From Candidatus Latescibacterota bacterium (GTDB taxonomy: Bacteria > Latescibacterota > UBA2968 > UBA8231), in assembly GCA_965206595.1 (NCBI GenBank), contig OZ242214.1, positions 6,528,001 through 6,592,000 on the forward strand: a DNA stretch of 64,000 nucleotides. Direction: 5' to 3'. Every line of letters starts with the position of its first letter. Position 1 is the stretch's first letter. The position numbers were made by a program, and so were the translations under genes. The notes below the pieces were generated by a model, which was not told the origin of the DNA, ran no database searches, and saw only the letters and a program-made list of their open reading frames with translations. Positions 10,944 to 19,738 of this stretch are shown here, one piece after another.

Positions 10944-11047
10944 TGGGCATCAACCTTCGCAAGAAGGTTCGACTGCAATACGATCGGCACTACCCCGGAA
11001 GCATCGCGAAACATCAACCCCCTGCCCATCCAGCCCTCGGCCGGACC

Positions 11048-12112
11048 TCAGGCGAGGGCTTCCCTGAGGAAGTCGTAGGCGCGGGCGCCGCTGATCCGGT
11101 GCCGCCCCGAGAAGATATCCGCCTTCACCCCGTCCCCGGCACCTAAAACCCCGTACACACTGCGCGCCTTGGCCAGGCCGGAGCGCACCGCGGAAACCGG
11201 GAAGATCGGGTCGTGGGTGCCGGCTTCCACCAGCATCGGCCGCGGGGCGATGAGGCCGGCCAGATCGTGCATTTCGCCGAACTCCGCCAACCCCGGCACG
11301 TAGTTGCAGGGGCAGTGCGCCATGGCGAAGAGACTGTCCCGGAAGGTCGAGTAATAGCCGCTGACCACGCAGGCGCGGATGCGCTCGTCGATGCAGGTGG
11401 AAAAGAAGGTGTGCATGCCGCCCCCTGAAATACCCATGGCCCCGAGGCGGCCGGTGTCGAACTCGGAGCGGGTCTCGAGGTAGTCAACGAGGCGCAGGCC
11501 GTCGCCCACGCGGATGCCGACCACCGAGGTTCCGAGATGGAAGGCGAGCATGGCCATGTGGGCGCAGGTCGAAGGCGTCCCCTGCCCGAGGTCGAGGTGG
11601 GAGAAATCGGTCTGGCGCTCGCCGAAGCCGGAGATCTCGGGGGCGGCCACGGCAAAGCCGGCGCGGCACAGGGCGACGCCGAAATCCTTGTGGTAGCCGT
11701 CGGGGACGTCCCGCTCGCCGCCGTCCTCCCACAGGCCGACGATGTCCTTGACTCCGTACCCGTGGCCGTGGAAGGCCACCACCGAGGGCAGGGGTCCTTC
11801 AGCGCCTTTGGGTAGGAGGATGTACACCGGCATCTGCGCGTGGGGACCGGTGCGCAGGAGGATCTTCTCGCGCAGGTAATCCCCCTTGTCCACTACCTCT
11901 ATTTTGCGGGGCGCCGGTGGCGTGCCGTCCCCTTCTTCCAGGCCGAGAAGCCTGGCCAGGGCCCGGCGCGTCGTCTTCTGCCAGCGCCGCGCCGCGGCCG
12001 GGGTTTCCGCCTTGAAGGCGCGAGGCGCGGTTGCCGGGTCGTACTGTTTCCACAGCGACGTCGCCGGCTGCAGCGGTTTCACGGTGCTGCTGTCGAGAAC
12101 TCTGGAAGCCAT
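11048..12112 (-). CDS. Alpha/beta hydrolase (dienelactone hydrolase / Abhydrolase_7-like)
   Basis: FHGHG, GFGER, nucleophile elbow MGISGGG, HCPCNYVPG, DPIFP and a C-terminal catalytic His (GRH). Confidence 0.85.
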   Translation of the reverse strand: MASRVLDSSTVKPLQPATSLWKQYDPATAPRAFKAETPAAARRWQKTTRRALARLLGLEEGDGTPPAPRKIEVVDKGDYLREKILLRTGPHAQMPVYILLPKGAEGPLPSVVAFHGHGYGVKDIVGLWEDGGERDVPDGYHKDFGVALCRAGFAVAAPEISGFGERQTDFSHLDLGQGTPSTCAHMAMLAFHLGTSVVGIRVGDGLRLVDYLETRSEFDTGRLGAMGISGGGMHTFFSTCIDERIRACVVSGYYSTFRDSLFAMAHCPCNYVPGLAEFGEMHDLAGLIAPRPMLVEAGTHDPIFPVSAVRSGLAKARSVYGVLGAGDGVKADIFSGRHRISGARAYDFLREALA

Positions 12113-12358
12113 GCTGTTCCTCCTCGAGGGCGGCCGGGAGGCCGGCTATGCAAATCGGTGAAAGGCCTGTGCCACCGCTCGATGCCGCGGGGCACCTGGT
12201 TCCGCCGCCGAGGGCCGGCCAGAACCGTTAACGAAGCGAAATCCGTTTCTGTCGCGGGCGCTTGTGCCTGGGCGCGAAAGTAAGGGTACGAACGAGGGCA
12301 ACGCCGCGAGCCGGGATGCAGCGGCGACCGAATTCACGCGGAATTGCGCGCCCAGGCA

Positions 12359-12565
12359 CTACATCCGGATCCAGTCCGCCAGCTTCTCGTGCTGGAAGAT
12401 CATGGTCTCCTGGATGCTCGACACGCGCCCCGCCCCCGCTTCCCTGGCGCGTTGGTACATGGCATAGGCGATCGCCACGTCGACGTAGGCGAGGCCGACG
12501 GCGTTGAAGTAGGCCCGCTCCTCCGGCGCCTCGCGTCCGCTCTTCTCGCCGGCGATGATTTCGCC
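12359..12565 (-). pseudogene. C-terminal remnant of an ornithine cyclodeaminase / mu-crystallin family gene
   Basis: Manual translation gives GEIIAGEKSGREAPEERAYFNAVGLAYVDVAIAYAMYQRAREAGAG...LADWIRM*, matching the family C-terminus. The rest of the gene is not upstream. Confidence 0.7.
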
Positions 12566-12921
12566 TTTCTCAGCTGTCGGCCAAGCCTGGGATGGAACCC
12601 GAAATCTACCGAATCCATTCGGGTAGTTCGCCCTGCTTCATTTCCCGACGCTTGATGGCTCCGGCCTGTCTGGCGCTGGCTGCAAGTTTTTCAAAGTCAC
12701 GCTTTTTCATGCGGGATACTCCTTTTTTCGATTATAAAAAACCCACGTCTCCCCAGCTCGAAGGATCGTCGTCCAGAGACGAAAAAGCCTCGCACACCTC
12801 GAACCCCACCTCGGAAAAAAGAGAGGTCAATTCACGATATCCGGACTGGCAACCTCGTCGGTGGGAAAGGACTGCCTTTCCATTCGTCACCTCAGCGAGG
12901 CCCTTTTTTCATTGCAAGGAG

Positions 12922-14808
12922 TCAGCCCCTGAGCGCCCGGGCCAGGTGCCGGTCGTGAAAGCTCCTGAGGCTCTCCGCGGCTTCCGGAAACCGCGCCACC
13001 GCGGCATCGAGCCCGCGGCGGGCGCGTGCGTATTCCCGCAGCTCGAAGCAGAAGGAGATGTACTCCGTGAACGCCTTGATGACGGGATCGCCGGTCTCGA
13101 GGGCGCGCTCGTACGCATGCAGCGCCTCCCCGGTGCGGCCGCCGGCGCGGTAGGCGTGGGCGAGGTTGATCCAGACGCCGAAGCGATGGGGTTGGTGATC
13201 CCTGACCTTCTCGAAGGTCTCGACAGCCCTGTGGCCCTGACCGGTCATGGCGTACATGGAACCGAGGTTGATCCAGGCCTGCCAGAACTCCGGGTCGATG
13301 TCGACCGAGCGCTCGAACGACACGATCGCCCCCTCGATATCCCGCTTCTTCACCTGGGCGTTGCCGATGTTGTAATGGATGAGGGCGTCTCCGTCGAGGT
13401 CCATCGGAGCCAGGCGATGGTTGAGGGCTCCTGCCAGCAGAACGACCGCTGCCAGGGTGGCGATCGCAACAGGAGAGCGCTTCCCCCCGCCGCGGAACAG
13501 GGCGCCGAGCTGCATCACCCCGTACACGGCGAACAGCGCCAGCAGCGGGCTCAGGGGAATGCGGTAGCGGGACGTCGGAAAGAAGGCGATCACGGCGGCC
13601 GCGTACAGGCCGACGAACAGAACGGCGACGAGCCCTTCGGGGGGAACCCGCGGCAGGGTAAGAACCGGTTCCGGGGCGGGAAGCAGGCGCGGCGCCCGGA
13701 AGCGCACCAGGTAGAGGGCCATCCCCGCAAGCGCCAGCGGGGCGATCAGGCCGAACGGGAAGGCGAGGTACTCCGTCTTCCACAGTAATGCCGACAGCAG
13801 ATGCGAGTAGTTGCGCCAGAAGTAGACGGCCTGGTTGCGGCCGATCTCGTCGCCGTGCCAGAAAGCGTAGGTCTTCTCCGCCAGCAACCCTGCCCAGGCC
13901 AGCGGATCGGAGGCGATGAACTCCCGGGCCTGCCTGTAGAAATACCGCGACTTCTCGGATGGCCGCTCGATGCCGGCATGCTGCGGCATGTCGACGAGGT
14001 CGTCCCACTCCCACCCTGGCCGCGCCCCCAGGGTCTTCCCGGTGTCGCCGTTGTTGCCGGCGTAGAAGTTGATGCCGCCGTTGTGGGAGATGAGCACGGC
14101 GTCGTTGCCGACGGTGTAGTTGCGCAGGCTCACGGGGGCAATCGGAAGGGCGACGCCGAACAGAAAGAGAAGCGTCGCCGCGGTCGCACGCCGCATGTCC
14201 CGGGCCCGCCAGCCTGATACGGCGACCCAGACCGCGGCCGCGGCGCAGAACGGCAGCACCGTCGGCACGGTGACCGCGGCCAGCCCGAAGCTGATTCCCG
14301 CTGCCAGGAAGCGCCAGGGGGACTGCTGGTCCAGCGCCCGCAACAGCAACAGCAGGCCGAGGGTATCGAGGAAGGCAGCTGTCGTTGCCGGGAGCAGCTC
14401 GCCGGCGAAGAAGATCATCGGGCCGTACGCCGCGCTGACGACCCCGGCGCCGATGCCGGCGGCTCTGCCGAACAGCCGCGTTCCGAGGTAGAAGACCAGC
14501 ACGCAGGTCAGCGCGTCGAGCAGCGCCTGAAGGACGCGGGCGGCGTAGAAGAACTCCGGCCCCGGGAAGAGCAGCTTGACGGCCCCGAGGGAGTAGGGAA
14601 ACAGCGGCGGTTGCCAGAACGGACCGATGCCGCGGCTCAGCCAGTTGCCCGCGGCCAGCCTTTCGGCGTGCTGGTTGTAGGTGTCGGCATCGACGGCCGG
14701 GTATTGGAACAGGGGGGAGGCGTCGAGCTCGAAGACGTAGGCCAACCGCAGGAGCAGGGCCAGCCCCGCGATCAGGACGGGAGCCGAATACAGAGGGCGC
14801 AGGTTCAT
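12922..14808 (-). CDS. GT-C fold (GT39/ArnT-like) membrane glycosyltransferase with C-terminal TPRs
   Basis: DADTY, PFWQPPLFPY, multiple TM helices, SHNGGINFYAGNN and FFPTSRYRIP motifs, plus a TPR tail (HYNIGN, AWINLG). Confidence 0.82.
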   Translation of the reverse strand: MNLRPLYSAPVLIAGLALLLRLAYVFELDASPLFQYPAVDADTYNQHAERLAAGNWLSRGIGPFWQPPLFPYSLGAVKLLFPGPEFFYAARVLQALLDALTCVLVFYLGTRLFGRAAGIGAGVVSAAYGPMIFFAGELLPATTAAFLDTLGLLLLLRALDQQSPWRFLAAGISFGLAAVTVPTVLPFCAAAAVWVAVSGWRARDMRRATAATLLFLFGVALPIAPVSLRNYTVGNDAVLISHNGGINFYAGNNGDTGKTLGARPGWEWDDLVDMPQHAGIERPSEKSRYFYRQAREFIASDPLAWAGLLAEKTYAFWHGDEIGRNQAVYFWRNYSHLLSALLWKTEYLAFPFGLIAPLALAGMALYLVRFRAPRLLPAPEPVLTLPRVPPEGLVAVLFVGLYAAAVIAFFPTSRYRIPLSPLLALFAVYGVMQLGALFRGGGKRSPVAIATLAAVVLLAGALNHRLAPMDLDGDALIHYNIGNAQVKKRDIEGAIVSFERSVDIDPEFWQAWINLGSMYAMTGQGHRAVETFEKVRDHQPHRFGVWINLAHAYRAGGRTGEALHAYERALETGDPVIKAFTEYISFCFELREYARARRGLDAAVARFPEAAESLRSFHDRHLARALRG

Positions 14809-14939
14809 CTCAGCGATCCTCCCACGGAGGAGGACAACGCCGGCCGGGACAGGGCACTATTGTGCGGAAATGGATGGCATGATGCGGGGCTTGATGACCT
14901 GGTTTGCGCTGTAGCTCATGGCACCGAATTGGATCTCCT

Positions 14940-16046
14940 TTAATTCCGTGCGTCGTCGATAATGATAGCGAGCGCCGCCTCGATGCCGGCGATCGCTTCT
15001 CTTTCCGCCTGCAACGCCTCACCAATCAACCTGCCGGCCTCGGCGCGGTCCTCGGGCATGAACCCCTCACCCTTGCGCGCTGCTTCTAACAGATCGTGCA
15101 GCGATTTCAGTACCGCCACCTCGCGGTCGTAGTGGGCCGCGGCTTCACCGATGGGCCCGGCCGCTTCAGGAAACAGGGTTGTCAGCTCCCTCAGGTACGC
15201 GGCGGCGATCATGCGCCGGTCCCTGAGGGTCGCGGCGTGGTAGTGGGAACGGTTGGGGGAGACCTCCTCTGAGCCGAACGCCTGCCGCCAGAGCTCGTAC
15301 GCGGCGAAACCCTGGCTCCACCTGCTCTTGAATCGGGTCCCCTCCGCAAAAGCAACCGCGTTTCTGAGCGCCGTCAGGTTCAGCATCCTTTGGTCGACGG
15401 CGCGGAGCTTCTCGAAAATCCCAACGTAGAACCACTCGACCCCGTCGCTGTGTCCGATGGCGTCGTGGCGAACGGTGTAATCCTCGGACACGAACGGGTG
15501 CCGGATCGTGTAGGTCTCCTCCGCTTCGTCGTATCCGACGATCAGGCCCCAGCAGTAGGCGCCGCGGCCGGCCGCCTTCTGCTCGAGGCTCATCGGTTGC
15601 CACACGAGGGGCGGGACCCCTCTCTGCAGGCTGGCCAGGGCGGCATCCCGGGCTTCCCGCTTGAGCCCCGGCAGATCGACGCCGGTGTCTTTCTTCGTCG
15701 CTTCGAAGACGCGGAATCGCGCCATCTCCGGCAGGAAATCCAGGGCGATCCCCCAGTCGATGTTGTCGTGAAAGACTCCTCCGCCTCCTTCCACCATCTC
15801 GAAATGGAAGGCATGCCCCATGATGCCCTGCAGCCGTGTCGTCGTCCATTCCTCGCCGCCGACCCCCTGCAGCAACGCACTGGCGCAGGAAACCAGGCTC
15901 GTTCCGTAGTCCGGCTGGGACGGCGTGACGTCTGCCATGACGATCATGGGTCGATCAGCTTCCTTTCTGTCCGCCGCTTCATCCGCGCCCACCTCGGCAA
16001 CGACAGCCGCGAGCAGGATGACGAGGGACTGTATTGGAATGGTCAT
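14940..16046 (-). CDS. Secreted hypothetical protein (BtrH-N / papain-like region possible)
   Basis: 368 aa with a hydrophobic N-terminus. GIMGHAFHF, SLQRGVP, WGLIVGYD and GFAAYELW motifs. Confidence 0.5.
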   Translation of the reverse strand: MTIPIQSLVILLAAVVAEVGADEAADRKEADRPMIVMADVTPSQPDYGTSLVSCASALLQGVGGEEWTTTRLQGIMGHAFHFEMVEGGGGVFHDNIDWGIALDFLPEMARFRVFEATKKDTGVDLPGLKREARDAALASLQRGVPPLVWQPMSLEQKAAGRGAYCWGLIVGYDEAEETYTIRHPFVSEDYTVRHDAIGHSDGVEWFYVGIFEKLRAVDQRMLNLTALRNAVAFAEGTRFKSRWSQGFAAYELWRQAFGSEEVSPNRSHYHAATLRDRRMIAAAYLRELTTLFPEAAGPIGEAAAHYDREVAVLKSLHDLLEAARKGEGFMPEDRAEAGRLIGEALQAEREAIAGIEAALAIIIDDARN

Positions 16047-16251
16047 TACGCCCCTTTCTCTATGTTTTGCTCACAAGCTGTTCGGTCATGTCGGTTTTCT
16101 GCAGAAACCATTCTTCCGAAAGGATGCCGACAACCTCAACAACGGCGGTTTATAGCGGCTTCACAATACGCCACGGCCAGCACATTGTCAGTACCGGCCG
16201 CACCCATGCGCTTCAAAGGCGGCGATGCAGCCGGGTGGGATCGCAGCGGAA

Positions 16252-17511
16252 TCAGTCGCCCTGATAGCCGCGTGCCGCCCAGACCTTGCTCGCCAGCTTT
16301 TTTGCCTCGGGGTCCGGTTCGATTTCCCCCAGAATGCTGCTCGGGGGCTGCCCCTTCTTTTTGCGCCCGGGGTCGGGCGACCAGTCGTCCCTGGCGTATT
16401 TCCGGCGCACCGACTCGCGGCGGAAGTCGGGCACTTCCATCGGCGCCGAGTCGTTCAGCGCCGAACGCCAGGCCTGGATCCCGGCGATGCTCATGTCGAT
16501 GCCGCGGTACACGTCGAGCCAGGGCGGCTCGCCCGTGCGGATCGCCTCGGCAAAGTGGTAGCTGGTGAAGAAGTCCCCGCCGCCGTGTCCGCTGCGGGTG
16601 GCCTGGGCATGATGCACGGGGAAGTCGGGCCTGTACACGGTTTCGACCGGATCGCTCCTGCGCTTTTCCCACGGCTCGTACCACACGCGCAGCCGCTGCT
16701 GGTCGCCGTGGCGGCAGTTTTCCATCACCCCTTTGTTGCCGTGGATGCGGACGTAGTTGCCGTGTCCGCGCAGCCCGCCGTGCAGCGATTTCATCACCGC
16801 GTCGTTGTCCATGCGGCAGACGATCACCGCGGCCGTGTCCCCCCGGTTCATGTGCAGCGTCTGCGTGGAGTCGGCGAAATCGAAGGGAATGACGAAGCCG
16901 TTCACCTTCACCGGCCGGGTGTCGGTGATGTACATGACCGGGGCGATGGAATGGGTGCAGTAGTAGGTGGCGGGGATCCAGTTGCGCCAGTGGTCGCGCC
17001 CGCAGCTGCGCGCCAGTTTAACCTCGGGCGGGTCGGGGTGGACGTACTCGCCCTCGCCGTATTTGAACTCGCCGACGCGGCCCTTTTGGTAGAGCCGCTT
17101 CATCTCTTGGTTGAAGACCATGTAGGGGTAGTTCTCGGCGAACATGTAGATCTTGCCGCTTTTCTCGACCGCCCGCGCCAGCGCCACCCCTTCGCCCAGG
17201 GTGTGGCAGACCGCGGTCTCGCTCATCACGTGTTTGCCGGCGTTGAGCGCCTTGATGGCGAACGGCGCGTGCTGGTGGAAGTAGTTGGCCAGCACGACCG
17301 CGTCCATGTCGCAGCCGAGGAATTCGTCGTAATCGAGGTATGTCTGCACGTCGAGCGCCTGGCCTTCCGCAAGGAGGCGCTCTTCCCAGATGTCGCAGAT
17401 GGCGACCAGTTCCATGCCGGTCGCCGCGGCGGCCTGCATGAAGGACCGGCCGCGGCCGACGCCGACAACGCCGACCCGGATGGGATGTTGTCTGCCGCGT
17501 TTTCTGGCCAT
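16252..17511 (-). CDS. Gfo/Idh/MocA family oxidoreductase
   Basis: IRVGVVGVGRG, GKHVMSE, MFAENY, GEGEYVH, YCTHS and GHGGGD motifs. Confidence 0.9.
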   Translation of the reverse strand: MARKRGRQHPIRVGVVGVGRGRSFMQAAAATGMELVAICDIWEERLLAEGQALDVQTYLDYDEFLGCDMDAVVLANYFHQHAPFAIKALNAGKHVMSETAVCHTLGEGVALARAVEKSGKIYMFAENYPYMVFNQEMKRLYQKGRVGEFKYGEGEYVHPDPPEVKLARSCGRDHWRNWIPATYYCTHSIAPVMYITDTRPVKVNGFVIPFDFADSTQTLHMNRGDTAAVIVCRMDNDAVMKSLHGGLRGHGNYVRIHGNKGVMENCRHGDQQRLRVWYEPWEKRRSDPVETVYRPDFPVHHAQATRSGHGGGDFFTSYHFAEAIRTGEPPWLDVYRGIDMSIAGIQAWRSALNDSAPMEVPDFRRESVRRKYARDDWSPDPGRKKKGQPPSSILGEIEPDPEAKKLASKVWAARGYQGD

Positions 17512-17515
17512 GGGT

Positions 17516-17731
17516 TTACGTAGTGCGGCCGCCTTGTGCCGGTCCGGTTGGAAGTTTCCCCAGCTTCATGAGCAACAGCATCGGCCAACCAAGATCGAAA
17601 TCGTTCCGGAACCCGGTCCAGTACTCCTTCGCTCTCAAGGCATTGTCCTGGGTGTCGTAGGTCTCGGACCAGCGAACGTACCCTTGCCGGACAGGTACGG
17701 TCTCGGTAACAACCCTGGATTCGTCAATCAC
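17516..17731 (-). pseudogene. Probable internally deleted class I SAM methyltransferase remnant
   Basis: 71 aa. N-terminal VRQGYVRWSETYDTQDNAL resembles the GY..W...YD...N start of a methyltransferase family and is joined directly to a C-terminal-like GWPMLLLMKL. No GxGxG core. Confidence 0.4.
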
Positions 17732-17805
17732 GTTGGTTGCCTTCGGGTAACGCCGGTGGCTCCGGTCGGGTCTTCAGGTTAACTGGAGGTATCCGAACGA
17801 TTTTT

Positions 17806-17861
17806 CGGTCCGCGATTGGAGCGGTTCGTCCTGCGGTCACACGCTGGAGTGGGCGGCCTTG
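17806..17861 (+). repeat. Imperfect direct repeat, copy 1 (copy 2 at 19442-19497)
   Basis: cggtccgcgattggagcggttcgtcctgcggt vs cggaccgcgattcgagcggttcgtcctgtggt (29/32 identical). After 7 divergent nt, tggagtgggcggccttg vs tggtgtgggctgccctg. Confidence 0.75.
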
Positions 17862-17968
17862 GTCGCCCGGGGGTTTCAAACTGGATGAAGTCCGCCAATC
17901 GTGGAAAACGGCCCTTGTGTGTCGCTGCCGAAACGCCCCACGCCTCAGTGATAGCGGCGGGTACTCAT

Positions 17969-18571
17969 CTACAACTGACTGCGGATATACCCCAAACCGT
18001 TAACGAACTTTGTCAGCAATTTGCAACCGTGGGAAGTCAGTTGATCTTCGATATCCGGGTTCGCGAAATCCTTGGAATTTTTGGTAATGAAACAGCGAAA
18101 CTCCCCGGATTCTGCAGCCAGATGAGCGAGAATCGAGGCATAAACTATGGAATCCTGCGGCGATAGATCGAGACTCTTTTGGAATGTTATGGCGTCGCTG
18201 ATAATACCCAAATCGATGGGTATTATTTCAATGTTCTGTAAGATCTTCTCCAGAGCATCATCGAGCCGATGCTTCTCTTCTTCACCACTTCTGATCAATA
18301 AGTTTGTGAGTTCCCGGAACTCATCAGAGGCTTCATGGTAAGGGCCCGAACGAGAGAGTTCATGAATTGCCATACGGAGTTGTTCATGCAGATCACGTCT
18401 TTGCTTTGACCGGCGAACCCACGCTTCATACGGTTCTCCAATACTGAAGGCAGGTAACACCAATCGAATTTTTCCTGATTCCGATAGACCCAAAATCGCC
18501 GAGCAACTTTCATGTTCCTCTTGAAGAAAAGCAAGTTCAAGGACAAAATTCGATTCTACATATACAATCAT
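17969..18571 (-). CDS. PIN-domain protein (putative toxin)
   Basis: MIVYVESNFVLEL PIN-like first strand, LSPQDSIVYASIL and FITKNSKDF. Lower GC than the backbone. Confidence 0.8.
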   Translation of the reverse strand: MIVYVESNFVLELAFLQEEHESCSAILGLSESGKIRLVLPAFSIGEPYEAWVRRSKQRRDLHEQLRMAIHELSRSGPYHEASDEFRELTNLLIRSGEEEKHRLDDALEKILQNIEIIPIDLGIISDAITFQKSLDLSPQDSIVYASILAHLAAESGEFRCFITKNSKDFANPDIEDQLTSHGCKLLTKFVNGLGYIRSQL

Positions 18572-19020
18572 GTGGCAGCTTCAAGCTCGACAGAACCGTG
18601 TCTGATTGCCTCGTATAACCCCGAGTCAAGGAGCCATTTGAGATTTGGGTTAACTGAGTCTCGTTGCATATCGTTACCGATCACATCTTCCAGCCACGAA
18701 ATCGTAAGCAATTCGAGCCCATATCCGCTTAGATCGTCAAGGGATTGGTTTGATTTCAGGTATGGAGCCAGTACTTCGGTAGCCTCGATTTTATAGTCAG
18801 GTCTTGCTGTATCATCAACTGGGCTAACGTCCGTCCACAGATAGAGAAAGTCAGGGAGCACAAGTAAGAAGTAGGGGGCATGAGGCATGAACGAATGGGC
18901 CAACAAATTGCGGCGCATGCGGATCAACCACTCAGCAGATGCACCAAGCTTGTTTTTGATTTCGACTACGAGTTGGAGTTTTTGCTCCGGATCTGACACT
19001 GCAATATCGACAAATTTCAT
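18568..19020 (-). CDS. Hypothetical protein with a PD-(D/E)xK-like motif, coupled to the PIN gene
   Basis: GGAGG RBS before the ATG at 19020. D...VVEIK motif. ATGA overlap with the PIN gene. Confidence 0.6.
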   Translation of the reverse strand: MKFVDIAVSDPEQKLQLVVEIKNKLGASAEWLIRMRRNLLAHSFMPHAPYFLLVLPDFLYLWTDVSPVDDTARPDYKIEATEVLAPYLKSNQSLDDLSGYGLELLTISWLEDVIGNDMQRDSVNPNLKWLLDSGLYEAIRHGSVELEAAT

Positions 19021-19441
19021 TGTATGAACCTCCACATGGCTGGCTACCGCCCCTTGAGATGTTCGTAAACAGGTTTCCTCTATGAGCTTATGGCACGTAG
19101 GGGTTTTCTTTACAATTGTGGGTCAACATACCCTCCATGTTGAACCCTGTCAACCAACATCGAGTCACGAACAAGTAGAAGTTGGAAAAAGCGATTTTTC
19201 CGTTACGGATATGATTCTACGTGGCGGACCCGCCCTTGCCTTGGATGCCTGCTCATTCCTCGGTGAAGGCTTTGCCTTGCCTCAAACGCCCTACCCGCAT
19301 GGGACGAGCCATCCTCTGCTCTCGCTCCTGGACCTTCTGGAGAAGGAGGAGGCTCTGGCGCCCCCGCCAACGAAGTTTTGCCCCCCGCCCGAGGCCGCGA
19401 ACGCTAACGTTCCGGCGAGGCCGATTGCGGTGCTGCCAGTG

Positions 19442-19497
19442 CGGACCGCGATTCGAGCGGTTCGTCCTGTGGTTGTCGGATGGTGTGGGCTGCCCTG
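19442..19497 (+). repeat. Imperfect direct repeat, copy 2 (copy 1 at 17806-17861)
   Basis: Same alignment as copy 1. The two copies bracket the PIN pair. Confidence 0.75.
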
Positions 19498-19738
19498 CCG
19501 GCTCAGGTGTCCGCCGAACTCAGCCCCTTGCCCAAACCTGTGGCGTCCCCTCGGAAACCCAACACGCCCTCACAGATTCGGCCTCCATCCGGCCCCGTTC
19601 CGGGAGCTCCAACAAAACGCAAACGATCTTCAGGAACTCTGGCCGACCCGTGCGTGCGCAAGACGCATTGATTGAAACCCAAAAAAGGTGCCTAATTATC
19701 CGGGCACCTTCCGATTTACAACGAAAGATACGCGCTCT

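Noticed and set aside
8247-11078. Very long alternative-frame ORFs (e.g. 8247-11078 +, 25042-26994 +, 32476-34797 -, 46564-48615 -, 55165-57519 -)
   Set aside because: They are shadows of well-supported genes in high-GC DNA, with R/G/P/A-rich translations and no motifs.
19681-19710. Hairpin aaggtgcc...ggcacctt with an A6 run (a minus-strand terminator shape)
   Set aside because: No supported minus-strand gene ends here, so a function cannot be assigned.
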